A stretch of DNA of 63,598 nt, filler included, from Ministeria vibrans ATCC 50519 (GCA_943704425.1; 13 parts of 13 records of this genome joined end to end with filler, not necessarily neighbours in it); one strand, 5' to 3'; shown: positions 34,782 to 47,003, numbered from the whole stretch's first letter. Notes: generated by a model not told the origin, from the sequence alone. Made by a program: numbers and translations.

Positions 34782-36241
34782 ATATCCTGTCCACCACATT
34801 ACGGCTGGCGCATGGGCTCAGGCAGAGGGAATATTAAAGACGCAGAGTGAAAATGGAGGGGAAATGCTTCTGGAGGGACGAGCGCCGCGCGAAGGCGACA
34901 TTATGAAAATGCCCAATCTCGCCGAGTACGAAAACGTCCGCCTGTCCCATTCGCAATTGCGTGTCTTTTGCTTATTGTCGGTGTATGGTATTGGCGTTAA
35001 CGTAGGACTTTCCGTGCAGTCGCTCGCGACGGCAAAAAAGGATTCTATGAGGGTCGCATTGCTCAAGAAATTGTCACTGTAAGTCACCAATCGAACAACA
35101 ACAAAACAAAAATAACCTCATCAACAAACTTTCAGATTGTGCAACAATTAGGAGGAGATATGACACTGGAGGATTTGGCTGAACACAGGTCGGAGACCAT
35201 TGAGCCGATTGTGACTGAGCATTTGGGACTGAATGTGTGGGAGTGTCCCCCAAACGGACAGGTCAGGGGAACACAAGCATCATGAATACAATTTTAACGT
35301 TCTTGTAATTGGGGTGTAGGGACTGACGGCACTGATTGCACTGAACATCCTGGAGCATCTGCCGCTGAGTGAGCACGCACACAACTCCGCATCGTACTTG
35401 CACTTGCTCATTGAGGCACTGCGCCTGGCCTTTGCCGACGCGCGCCACTTCATTTCTGACCCTGCACACACGACCATTCCCGTGCACCAGCTTCTTTCCA
35501 AGGTCACTGCGTCTCGATTTTATCCCTTGTGTGGTCTTGTGTGTCTTCCCACTGACACTCCAAACTCGCTGCTTTTAGGAGTACGCCAAGTCGCGAGCTC
35601 AGTCTGTGTCGCTCTCACACGCAACTGTGGATGTGCGAGAAGGGTCGCCCGTCTCCTCGAGCGACACCGTCTACCTGAGCGTCGTCGACGCACAGGGCAA
35701 TGCGTGCAGCTTCATCCAGTCCAATTACATGGGCTTTGGCAGCGCCATTGTTCCTCGCGGCTGTGGCTTCACACTGCAAAACCGTGGCTCCAACTTCACG
35801 TTGGACGCGTCCCATCGCAATGCTCTGGCGCCTGGCAAGCGCCCCTACCACACTATCATCCCCTGCATGGCTACACACTCTGATACGGGCGCCCTCTACG
35901 CCTGCTACGGCGTCATGGGCGGCTTCATGCAGCCCCAGGGACACGTTCAGGTACTGCTCAACATGCGTCTCCACGGCATGGCGCCACAGGCGGCTCTCGA
36001 CGCGCCTCGCATCTGTCTGCAGGAGGGTACCGCCGAGAGCAGCGTCCTGCTCGAAACCGGCATCACTCCTGAGACCATCGCCACCCTCGCGGCCATGGGC
36101 CACAATGTCCTCGCCACTCCCGTCACCGATGGCGCCCGCGCTGTCTTTGGTCGCGGCCAAATTATCGCTCCGCGCGACAATGGCGTCCTGTGGGCAGGTT
36201 CGGATCCGCGCGCCGATGGGTGCGCCATGGGCATTGTATAG
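34782..36241 (+). CDS. ggt: Gamma-glutamyltranspeptidase family protein (YwrD-like), 5'-partial, multi-exon
   Basis: DSFYEGRIA, ECPPNGQ|G, EALRLAFAD, nucleophile DTVYLSVVD, LQNRG, KRPYHTIIP, GVMGGFMQPQG, GSDPRADG. Confidence 0.93.
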
Positions 36242-36787
36242 AAGAGTTGATTTGTGATTCGGTGGGTGAAAAACAAACGAGTACAGTTGAGAGTTGACTG
36301 GTTCTTCTTATTGAGTCGTATTATGATAGTTTGTGTTGCTCAAACGCTCAGTGGCCTCACTGTCAACACACGCAGTTTATTCTTTCTTTCACTTTTTTAA
36401 TCGCGCTGCTTGCTACTACTAAGCACATTTGCCTTTTCTTCTCGTACGCTCCTATTAGACCGCTCACTCGTTCTTCAGTTTAATGGGTTACTATGAACGT
36501 ATCCCTGTGACTAATGACTCAGAGGGATGAATGTCGGAGGGCTAAACAAGAATAGGAACCCGATTCCTATCTAAGTTTATTCCTACTATGTCGTTGTTAC
36601 ACTTAATACACGTTTTATTCTGTCAACGTTACACCCGTGCTTGCAATATGTTCCACAACAACATCATGACGTCTTTTTTATTCATTGTAAATTCTTCTTC
36701 ACTCTCTCTCTCTCTCTCTGTGTGTCTAACTCTCTCTAACTCTCTCGATCTAACACTCTATTCACTGCAAAACCTCTCCAAAGTGTT

Positions 36788-39775
36788 TCACTGCTGGTCC
36801 TCCTCATCACCCTCAACCATGTCATAGAGATCGGGTAGATTGTGATCGTCAGAGTGGGGATTAGCGTACGCAGTGTGGTCATCGGCAGACTTGGAGGCAT
36901 CATTCGTATTGGCGTACTCACTGGAAATGTCCGTTGACTCGGGACGCATCATCGACAGCTTGCGCCGCAGCTGCAGGAATTGGCCCTCCGCCGACGACTC
37001 GTCCTCAAGATCCAAATCGGTCTCCATGTCGAGCCCCTTCAGATGCCGACCTGACGGTCCAAGGTGCGACAGTTCCATGTAGTCCTCTTCGTGCGACGTA
37101 GTGTGCGCAAGACTTTCCATGTACTCGTCACCCGGCGAAAACAGTGGGTTCGCCAGGAAAATGCTAGCGTCATGGTGCGAGGAGTCGGGCGACGATGCTC
37201 CACTACTGCGCATCGACGCAGCATGCACACTTTGCGCCAGCTGACGGTCCATCATAGCTGAGTTGCGTCGATCCACCAGGTTCCATCCGCGTTTGCGTCG
37301 CCAGTAGCCAACCACAAGCATGAGGAACACGCCGCAGAAGACGCCACCCACAATGCCCACCGCAATCGCAATCATGCTCGACGAACTCGAACTCGAACTT
37401 GCGCCCGTGCCGCCGCCGCTGCCGCTACCTCCGGTATTGCTTCCCGTCGACCCACCCACATTCGCAATGAAAAAGTTGCTGTTCTGGCCCAGGTAGCCGT
37501 ACTGTGACAGAGCCGCAGCGAGATCCGTCGGCGACATGACCGAGCCCAGTACGGGCTGTACAAACACCACAATGGTCGTGCTGTTGCTCGTGGCGCGACG
37601 GCGTGTGCTTGCCGCCTCGGTCGTTGCACTCGTCACAATCACATCCCACACTGTCGTGTTGGTCTTGTCGCCCTGCGCCGCATTCCACGAGTCCACAATG
37701 GTCGCAACGAGCTGGCGCAGTGCCATCAGGTCCACATCGCCAGCATTGGTAGCGCTCAGCGAAAAGGTCACCTTACCCGCATCCTGACCCGCCGTCGTCT
37801 GTGCGCGCACCACACGCACACCGACCACGTAGTCGTCCGACGCCGCCGGCGAACCTGTGTCCGAGCAGGTCAGCGACACAGCGTAGTCCCACGTCGTCTG
37901 GCCCGTGAACGCCGCCTTGGTCTGTAGCTCAACGCTGTTCGCCACCTCAAAGTAGGAGCTGCTGGTGGTGCAAGAGGCAAGCGAGTCCGCCTCGGGATCG
38001 TCGTACGCGTACAGCGTGCCCACAGTCGAACCCACAGGCGTTGCCGACACCAGGTCGCCAAGGGTCACGGCACGGCCCAGCAAAATCGCCTTGGGCGCCT
38101 CGTTCACCTCAACCATGTAGAAGGGCAGTGCGGCTGTCGTCGACAGTCCCGTGCTGTCCTGCGCTCGCACCGTAATCGTCAGGTTCCGTGTGCCTTCCGT
38201 CGCCACATTAAGCACACGCTTTACCTTGAGCACGCCAGTCGAGGTAAGTGTAAAGGGCGAGGTGGTCGACAAGAGCGTAAACGTGAAGGTGTCGCCCGCA
38301 TCGGGATCTGTCGCCTCCAGCTGTGCCACCGTCGATCCCACCGCGGCCGTCTCGGGCACGTCGTACGACGAGCCCGCAGCCAAACCAATGCTCGTGGGTG
38401 CCTCGGGCCGGTTCTGCACGAAAACCTTGACTTCGGCTGAACTCGCCAGAGTGCCGTCACTCGCAAGCACACTCAGTGAGTACACACTGCGCGCCTCATA
38501 GTCCAGCTGCGCCTTTGCAACCTCGATCACACCTGTGTTCGCATCAATGGCAAAGATACCCGCCTCATTTCCGGATAAAATCGAAAATGTCAAACTCTGA
38601 GTCGGCACGTCCTCGTCGGTAGCTGTCACGGCGGGCGACGCCTGCGTGCCCACCGGACTATCCTCGAGCACATACACCGACTGCGGCAAAATCACCGGCG
38701 CCTCGTTCACGTCAATCACCTCAATGGTCACCGTGCCTGTGGCAGATTGTCCACCGCCCGTCGCGGTCACTTGAAGCGAGTACGATGCGGTCGTCTCCGC
38801 ATTGAGCAACGCCCGCGCAACTGTAATTGTACCCGACGTGGAACCCACCGCAAACACATTCTGGCCCGTGCCGCCCGTTACAGTAAACGTCACAACAGTG
38901 CCTTGCTCGCCACCACCCGTCACTTGTCCCACAACGGTGCCCACGGCACTGCCTTCGGCCACCGTCAACGTCGTGTCGTCGACAAAAGGCGCCTCGGCAA
39001 AGTCACCCACACTCACCGTCACCGTCGTGTCCGCCGTCTTGGGCACTGCCGCATTGTCCGTGGCACGCACCACCAATGTGTAGCTGGGTCGTGTCTCGTA
39101 GTCAAGGGGTCCAGCCACCTTGAGCACTCCCGTGTTCGCGTTCAACGTGAACACGTTGCCCACATTGCCACTGACAATGGCAACGGTCACCACCGAGTTG
39201 GCATCCTCATCGGTAGCCGTCACAGTGCCAACCACAGAGTCCAACGCGGCATTCTCCAGCACATTGAACGTGTAGGGGCCACCGGGACTGGGCGGATCGT
39301 TGGCGTCGTTCACATTCACAGTGAGCGTCTTCAGATCGGTCAGACCCGCTCGGTCGCTGCACAGCACCTGAAGTGTGTAGGAGGGCGTCACTTCAAAGTC
39401 CAGCGTCCCATTCAGCACAAGCGCACCCGTCGTCGGATTCAAATGGAACACAGTCGCACCAGTGCCGCCCGTCAGCGCAAACTCAAGCGAATCGCCACTG
39501 TCCACATCAAACGCTGTAATGGTCGCGACAGTCGAGCCAACGCTGCTGTCCTCAGCAACCGACAGAGGACCCGTCGTCGTGATGGTCGGCCCTTCATTCA
39601 CATTGGTAATGGTCACAGCCAACGTGCCCGTGCCACTCTGACCCGTCGAGTCAGTGACCTTCACCACGAGCGTGTACGTCGACTTGGTCTCACGGTCCAG
39701 TGTGTTGGCGACAGTGACCACACCGCTCGACGCGCCAATGTCAAACGCTCCGTTTGTGTTGCCCGAATCAAACTC
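36788..39775 (-). CDS. Cadherin-domain type I membrane protein, 5'-partial
   Basis: Five or more cadherin repeats (LDRE/LDFE/LDYE, ATDED, DVNEAP), TM segment IAIAVGIVGGVFCGVFLMLVVGYW-RRKR, ~165-aa cytoplasmic tail. Confidence 0.93.
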   Translation of the reverse strand, partial: EFDSGNTNGAFDIGASSGVVTVANTLDRETKSTYTLVVKVTDSTGQSGTGTLAVTITNVNEGPTITTTGPLSVAEDSSVGSTVATITAFDVDSGDSLEFALTGGTGATVFHLNPTTGALVLNGTLDFEVTPSYTLQVLCSDRAGLTDLKTLTVNVNDANDPPSPGGPYTFNVLENAALDSVVGTVTATDEDANSVVTVAIVSGNVGNVFTLNANTGVLKVAGPLDYETRPSYTLVVRATDNAAVPKTADTTVTVSVGDFAEAPFVDDTTLTVAEGSAVGTVVGQVTGGGEQGTVVTFTVTGGTGQNVFAVGSTSGTITVARALLNAETTASYSLQVTATGGGQSATGTVTIEVIDVNEAPVILPQSVYVLEDSPVGTQASPAVTATDEDVPTQSLTFSILSGNEAGIFAIDANTGVIEVAKAQLDYEARSVYSLSVLASDGTLASSAEVKVFVQNRPEAPTSIGLAAGSSYDVPETAAVGSTVAQLEATDPDAGDTFTFTLLSTTSPFTLTSTGVLKVKRVLNVATEGTRNLTITVRAQDSTGLSTTAALPFYMVEVNEAPKAILLGRAVTLGDLVSATPVGSTVGTLYAYDDPEADSLASCTTSSSYFEVANSVELQTKAAFTGQTTWDYAVSLTCSDTGSPAASDDYVVGVRVVRAQTTAGQDAGKVTFSLSATNAGDVDLMALRQLVATIVDSWNAAQGDKTNTTVWDVIVTSATTEAASTRRRATSNSTTIVVFVQPVLGSVMSPTDLAAALSQYGYLGQNSNFFIANVGGSTGSNTGGSGSGGGTGASSSSSSSSMIAIAVGIVGGVFCGVFLMLVVGYWRRKRGWNLVDRRNSAMMDRQLAQSVHAASMRSSGASSPDSSHHDASIFLANPLFSPGDEYMESLAHTTSHEEDYMELSHLGPSGRHLKGLDMETDLDLEDESSAEGQFLQLRRKLSMMRPESTDISSEYANTNDASKSADDHTAYANPHSDDHNLPDLYDMVEGDEEDQQ

Positions 39776-40285
39776 NNNNNNNNNNNNNNNNNNNNNNNNN
39801 NNNNNNNNNNNNNNNNNNNTTAATTAATTAANNNNNNNNNNNNNNNNNNNNNNNNNNNNNNNNNNNNNNNNNNNNACGGTGGCTGTGAATGTGTTGCTGT
39901 GGTGTGAAGCAACGTGACGTTTGAGCTCGTTCCCACCAACATACGAATTGCAGACGACACAGACAACGCGGTGCTTGCTCGTGGAATGGCACATGGTAAA
40001 GATGATGCTGTGCATCCTCGCCCACAAACCCCCTCGACCGACATGGCTCCCCAGTGGCTGTAGGAAAGCGACACACAATCTTTCCAATGCAAAACAAGCG
40101 CCAATCTCACTTGGCGGATCCGTCCGACATCGTTCGCCCGTCTCCGATATCATCAGCTCCATGTTAAATCGCGTACGCACGACCGGCTGCCACTGCAACG
40201 CGATCCCACGGTTCGCTCATTGATTGAGAAAAATTAGTCCATTATTCGTTATCACTTATGGTGTTTATCATTCAATTTATTTCCC

Positions 40286-41767
40286 ATGCCAATCTCCTTA
40301 CAAGCCATCCTGGCGATAGCGCTGGCTGTCTTGTCCGTTTCGGCTTCCACTGACCCGACTCTTTCAAGCCACGACGGTAACCTAGTCCTCGCATTGGCGA
40401 CGAACGGCAGTGTATTGTCCAACGCAGACGTGTTTGTCGGCGACGATCGAGTGCTGACCGAAGACGACATAGCCGCCCTCATTGCCCCTATCGCGGCGCG
40501 GGTGGCCGCGTTGGAGGCGGAACTCGCTGGTGTGTGCGTGTCGCAACCGTGCCAGAACGGCGGGACGTGTACGTTTGCCAATTCGGTCTTTCTCTGTGTG
40601 TGCAGTGAGGGATTTGCCGGACCGCTGTGCGACGGATTCGACGCGTGTGCCTCGTCTCCGTGCCTAAACGATGCGCCGTGCAGCAGTAGCGGTGGAGGGT
40701 TTACCTGTGCCTGTCCTGTGGGCCTTGCCGGACCCGCTTGCGGTCAGGACATCGACGAGTGTGCGTCGTCGCCCTGTGCCAATGGCGCCTCTTGCACCAA
40801 CAATGTCGGCAACTTCGTGTGCTCCTGCCCCCTTGGCTTTGCGGGAACCCGGTGTGACCAGGAGGTTGATGAGTGCGCCTCTGCCTCCTTGCCCTGTCAG
40901 AACGGCGCACTGTGCAACAGTAGCGCTGGGTCCTTTTCCTGTACATGTCAAGCAGGATTTACAGGAGTGCAGTGTGAGAGTGAAATCGACGCATGTATCT
41001 CGTCTCCGTGCCAAAACGGCGGGTCGTGCAGCAAATCCCTTGGCACATACACGTGCATGTGCGTCAGTGGGTTTGGGGGCGAGTCATGTGCAACAGAAGT
41101 GAAATGTGACTCGTCACCCTGTCAAAACGGCGCGACGTGCTCCGAGGCACCTGAAGGAACGTTCGCTTGTCTGTGCACGACGGACTACACTGGAGTGCTG
41201 TGCGACCGCGATTCTGCGTTCATCAGTGTGTGGATTGCAAGCGCGGACGGAACGAGCATCACATTGCCACTGATGGACACGGGCACATACAACTGCGTGG
41301 TGGACTGGGGCGACACAAGCAGTCCCGACACCATCACCGCACACGACTCGCCCTTCAGGACACACACGTATGCGTTGCAGGGCACTTACACGGTTACGGT
41401 ACAACTATAATTATAATCGCTGTATATTATGACATGATGCGAGTGGCTGACTGCGTGAAGGCTGAATTTAATAATAATAATAATAATAATAATTTTTCAT
41501 TGTGTGTGCGTCTGTGTGTAGATTCGCGGGACATTCATTGGGTTTCGGTTTTTCAACAGTGGAGCTATCCTAAAACTGCTCGAAATCAGCCAATGGGGGA
41601 GCATGAGAGTGGGAAACCACCTGGAAGGAGGATATTTCTATGGATGTGCCAATTTGAAGATCACCGCGACAGATTCGTTGGATTTGACAGGAACGCCTGT
41701 CTTACAGAGTATGTTTCGTAGCAGCGGAATTGACCATCGTGGAAACTTGTCTCAGTGGGACACAAAG
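40286..41767 (+). CDS. Secreted protein: cubilin-like N-terminus, 6 EGF repeats, PKD-like + BspA/DUF285 module; 3'-partial, intron 41399-41521
   Basis: Signal peptide, HDGNLVL, AARVAALE, six EGF repeats (DIDEC, EVDEC), FISVW..ITLPL..YNCVVDWGD..HTY, KLLEISQWG, YFYGCANLKITATD, LSQWDTK. Confidence 0.88.
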
Positions 41768-41813
41768 GTACAAATTAGAAGTAGTCTTTTACATTCATTA
41801 TCTCATTTCCATG

Positions 41814-41863
<50 letters not shown>

Positions 41864-41963
41864 NNNNNNNNNNNNNNNNNNNNNNNNNNNNNNNNNNNNN
41901 NNNNNNNTTAATTAATTAANNNNNNNNNNNNNNNNNNNNNNNNNNNNNNNNNNNNNNNNNNNN

Positions 41964-42032
<69 letters not shown>

Positions 42033-42175
42033 GTAATAATAATAATAAGCATAATAATAATAATAATAATACCAAAATATAATAAGCATAATAATAATAA
42101 TAATAATAATAACAAATAGTTATAATAAGAAGAATAATAATTAATCCTTTATCTGAAACCGATTTTTGTTCGTAG

Positions 42176-42358
42176 GTCTTCCAACAGCTTGCGTGCGAAT
42201 ACTTTGAGGCGACGGAAGAGCGCACACTTGCGTTCATTGACGCTCTCATCAAGGACTCGGCGCCTCAATCGCTCGCGTACAGCCTCCTGCCCGTCTCCGA
42301 GGGCTTCCGTCTCTCGCTTACTCGCCAACGTGATCGGTTCGTACGTAGTCTTGAGCAT
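42176..42358 (-). CDS. First exon of an unidentified gene
   Basis: ATG-started exon-like frame ending near a possible donor before a (TAT)n tract. Confidence 0.35.
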
Positions 42359-42493
42359 TCACGACGGGACGCCTAACCCTTTGTTGTCGTGTGTACAATC
42401 ATCATTAAATTTATATTTTTCCATTTACACTTTGATTACACAATCATTCGTCCTCCTTTGCGAATAATAATAATAATAATAATTATAATAATA

Positions 42494-42527
<34 letters not shown>

Positions 42528-42532
<5 letters not shown>

Positions 42533-43029
42533 TGACGTCGAAGAAGTCGTTTTCCACAATGTATTGCACTGCCTGCAGTACCATGTTCCGTTCGCGTCGC
42601 AACTAAGCCGGGAAAAGAAAAGAAAAAAATAATAAAATAATTATAATTAATTATTAATAATAATAAGAATAATAATACTCATTGTTGGTCTGCTGTTCTT
42701 ACCTCGCGAGCGAGCAGTCGGCGTAGGAGTGATGCCTTCTGTTGCATCTCGTGCACGCGCTGCTGTTCGTGGCGCGTCCGTTTGTCCGTCACATTGTCCG
42801 GTACCGTCATGTCTGTTTCGTGCGGCCGTTTTCTTCCTCCTCCATTAGCGTCATGCGCAAATTTACACCGCGGTCCAAATCGACAGGAACCTTGCGCAAA
42901 ATTTCGACACAATCGTATCGACTGCTCGCGCGGTGCGTGGTGGGTATTCTCCGCTGCCACGTCCGGTGAGCTCATTGCTTCTTCATGTTCATTGTTTCTT
43001 TCCTCTTGATCCTGTTCTTGCTTCTGCTT

Positions 43030-43071
<42 letters not shown>

Positions 43072-44101
43072 TTGCAACTGCTCCTGCTCTTGCAACTGCC
43101 CCTGCCCCTGCTCTTGCACCTGTACCTGCTTTTGCTCCTGCTTCTGCTCTTGTTCCTGCGCTTCCGCATCGTCTTCAACTTCATCGTGTGCAAACGTGTG
43201 CGTCGCGTCCCTTGACTCGTCCTCGTCAGACGAGTCGTACGCAGCAAAGAATCCCAAAATCGAGCCACCGCTCTTTTCCTTCTGTGCTCCTCCCTCCCGT
43301 ACCGTTTCTGCACTCACTGCAGATGTACTCCTAGGAAAGAGACAGGAAATGAGTCCGGCACAACTTGACGGAATGGAACTCTTACCCGCTCTCTGTATCC
43401 CGCGAAGCCCTTGGAAATCGTTTCTTTCTTTCTTCGCGCCACAGTGCGATCTCTTCAGGGGTCTCCAAGCGTCCCTTAAAGATGATCTAAGTCACATGGG
43501 ATGAGAGAGAGAAAGGAGGGAGGGAGAAAGAAACAAAGTGATAGAAAGAGAGGGAGGGAGGGAGGGAGGGAGAAAGTGATAGAGAGAGAGAAACAAAGTG
43601 ATAGAGAGAGAGAGAAACAAAGTGATAGAGAGAGAGAAACAAAGCGACAGAGAGAGAGAGAAACAAAGTGATAGAGAGAGAGAAACAAAGTGACAGAGAA
43701 ACAAAGTGACAGTGAATTCAAGCTTGGCTCACCGGCAATCCTTCTTCGGGCCCTTTCTCACGGCCTCCTGCAGGTCGATGCTGTTCTCGAACGTGTGAGG
43801 CAACAGCGCTTCGCGACCCTTCAAAGGGGCAGCTCGTGCACTTCTCGTGCGTTCGGACATGGCCCTGCACAAGGACGTGTGTCAGCTCGCGTGCGTTCCC
43901 TCTTCTTCTATACCTCGAGTTGGGCAAGGGACACGAAGGTTCTGTTGCACGGACCGCATTGGAGCGTCACTGGCGACGCTTTTGCAGGGCGGGCAAGTGG
44001 CAGTCCGGCACCGTAGCCAATGAGGTTCTGGACGAAATAGTCAGAGAGTGTTTGCTAAAACAGAGCGTTGTTCTCTGAAAACAGTTGCGTACTTGTGCCA
44101 T
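42528..44101 (-). CDS. NUFIP1: NUFIP1/Rsa1-like snoRNP assembly factor with C2H2 and CCCH fingers, multi-exon
   Basis: CGPCNRTF..LE|GHVRTHEKCTSCPF, LETPEEIALWREERKKRFP, CRNFAQGSCRFGPRCKFAH, SLLRRLLARE..ERNMVLQAVQYIVENDFF. Confidence 0.85.
43500..43712. repeat. Intronic GA-rich minisatellite (AGAGAGAAACAAAGTGAT variants); related array at ~48660-48750
   Basis: Repeated AGAAACAAAG(T/C)GA core separated by (GA)n. Confidence 0.88.
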
Positions 44102-44284
44102 CAACGTCGCTCACTCAGTCACGTCAGTCACGTCAGCACACTACTTCAAAGACAGCCGAATAAGAGAACCTGTTTGAATGAAAATTATGAAATCAGTTAT
44201 TTAAGAAATAATCTTAGTCAATGAGTTTTTTTCAAGCATGAAACGGACTTATTGACAATTGTACTGAATCTGAAAAAAGAAAGT

Positions 44285-44376
<92 letters not shown>

Positions 44377-44529
44377 CTGCCTCTCTCAGTAATCAGAATT
44401 TCTCTCGTTGACTCTTTCTCATATATATNNNNNNNNNNNNNNNNNNNNNNNNNNNNNNNNNNNNNNNNNNNNTTAATTAATTAANNNNNNNNNNNNNNNN
44501 NNNNNNNNNNNNNNNNNNNNNNNNNNNNC

Positions 44530-44689
44530 ATCAAGTCTCATCACCATTCCATTGAGCACCGCCGCACACACCAACGGGCCCAGCACCGACCCCTGCCTCG
44601 TCCCAGTTTCCACCCGGAAGAGACCTTTGGGAAAGCCATCCGCACCACACGCGCCACAGTCGTGCCCAGGTATCTCAACGTACGCCAGG
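44530..44689 (-). mobile_element. Degenerate non-LTR (LINE) reverse transcriptase fragment
   Basis: WRTLRYLGTTVARVV, frameshift, ADGFPKGLFRVETGTRQGSVLGPLV, matching the LINE RT GxxQGxxLxP motif. Confidence 0.7.
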
Positions 44690-44690
44690 T

Positions 44691-44849
44691 TAACCCTAAC
44701 CCTAACCCTAACCCTAAACCATTTCTTCCGTTTTGCCGCGTGCTCGTCACCAAGTGGTGGCTGTTTTGCGCGGGCTCGGGGAATACGCGGCACGCAGCCA
44801 GTGGCATGGTACGGAGCTTTCCTTGCCAACCCTAACCCTAACCCTAACC
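44691..44849. repeat. Two short (TAACCC)n/(TTAGGG)n telomere-type tracts, 44691-44720 and 44828-44849
   Basis: Four units plus a variant, and about 3.5 units. Confidence 0.9.
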
Positions 44850-45426
44850 GCAACATCCAAACTTAAACTTCATCCACTGCAACCAAGAACACCCAACCAA
44901 ACGCCACCACCACCACCTAGGCTAGCCAACACCGCCATTACCATGCAAGCATCTACGGCAACCTTACCCCTAACCAAAACCCCTACGAACAACATCACTC
45001 TGAGCTGTTACTGTTCTTCCATAATACCTTTAGAGTTTTGGTTGAGTTTGCAAGGCGGTCTGACTGTCTCTTTGCCTGGTGACTGTATCATTCATAAATT
45101 GTTGCATCCTTCTTCTTCTTCTATTGAATAACAATATTAATAATAATTATTATTATTAATGCTGCACTGGTACTACGCAACAATAACAAATCTTGGAAAC
45201 TCTACCAAAGTACTAGTTCTGGAGGTAATATGATGGCAGTTCAGAGTTCTCCGTCTAGTGAGGCAATTTGTTCTTTTCGTTAATCTCGTTGATTAATTTT
45301 CAAATTGATATAATTATTATAATCCTTTTGTGGTGTTGTCCCTTTAAGTGTGATGTGATTTGCAAGAAAATAATAATAATAAGACCAATATTAATTTTTT
45401 TTGTAGTTCTTCTGAATTAATGTGCT

Positions 45427-46164
45427 TTAGGTCACAGTCGCGCGTCTTTCCCACGCTCTTTGTTGGCGTTCGCTGGCAGCTGTAGCAGCCACGTCTTCAA
45501 GTTGGGCAAAGCACTCGAGCACAGAGTCCATCTTGCGCTCGAGACGGGCAATGTCAGCCGTGAGCTTGTCTTCCTGCGACGCCAAAGACAGTGCCTTGCC
45601 TAAAGGAAGCAGCTTGACGGCAGCACCAGACTCAGCAACCAATGACGCGGCGTACGCCTGGAATGGGCAATAAATTGTGTCAACATGATTGTTTAAGTGT
45701 ATGTAGGTGTCGTGTACCTCTAGCGCGGTGTACTCGTGCGGGTCTTTACTGCGCAAATGAATCATGAAGAAAATGTAATACCAGAGGTTGTGCTCCTTCT
45801 TGATGTGGTAGTGGAAACCTTTGCCGCGGCGCTCAAACTCATAAGCCTGAAATGCACAAACGGTGCACATTCCCTCCATGTCCTCCACTGCTGCACGTTT
45901 CTCGTCTCGCTGTTGCCTGTCAGTGCAGGAGTGTGAGTGTGCGAGCAAAAACAGTTTAAATAGAGGTACGTACGAGAAAGAATCGACAATGATACCAAAG
46001 ACAATGTTGAGCATGACTATTATTGACCAACGGTTAGGAATTTCAAGTTTCCTCGTAGTATTGGTGACTTACTAATTGTCACGACAATGAAGAAGGTCAG
46101 GTCGAGTATAGAATGCTCAGCGGTCTCTTTGAACGTGTTGTAATTGGGGGTGATGACTGAAGAT

Positions 46165-46245
<81 letters not shown>

Positions 46246-46932
46246 NNNNNNNNNNNNNNNNNNNNNNNNNNNNNNNNNNNNNNNNNNNNNNNNNNNNNNN
46301 NNNNNNNNNNNNNNNNNNNNNNNNNNNNNNNNNNNNNNNNNNNNNNNNNNNNNNNNNNNNNNNNNNNNNNNNNNNNNNNNNNNNNNNNNNNNNNNNNNNN
46401 NNNNNNNNNNNNNNNNNNNNNNNNNNNNNNNNNNNNNNNNNNNNNNNNNNNNNNNNNNNNNNNNNNNNNNNNNNNNNNNNNNNNNNNNNNNNNNNNNNNN
46501 NNNNNNNNNNNNNNNNNNNNNNNNNNNNNNNNNNNNNNNNNNNNNNNNNNNNNNNNNNNNNNNNNNNNNNNNNNNNNNNNNNNNNNNNNNNNNNNNNNNN
46601 NNNNNNNNNNNNNNNNNNNNNNNNNNNNNNNNNNNNNNNNNNNNNNNNNNNNNNNNNNNNNNNNNNNNNNNNNNNNNNNNNNNNNNNNNNNNNNNNNNNN
46701 NNNNNNNNNNNNNNNNNNNNNNNNNNNNNNNNNNNNNNNNNNNNNNNNNNNNNNNNNNNNNNNNNNNNNNNNNNNNNNNNNNNNNNNNNNNNNNNNNNNN
46801 NNNNNNNNNNNNNNNNNNNNNNNNNNNNNNNNNNNNNNNNNNNNNNNNNNNNNNNNNNNNNNNNNNNNNNNNNNNNNNNNNNNNNNNNNNNNNNNNNNNN
46901 NNNNNNNNNNNNNNNNNNNNNNNNNNNNNNNN

Positions 46933-47003
<71 letters not shown>

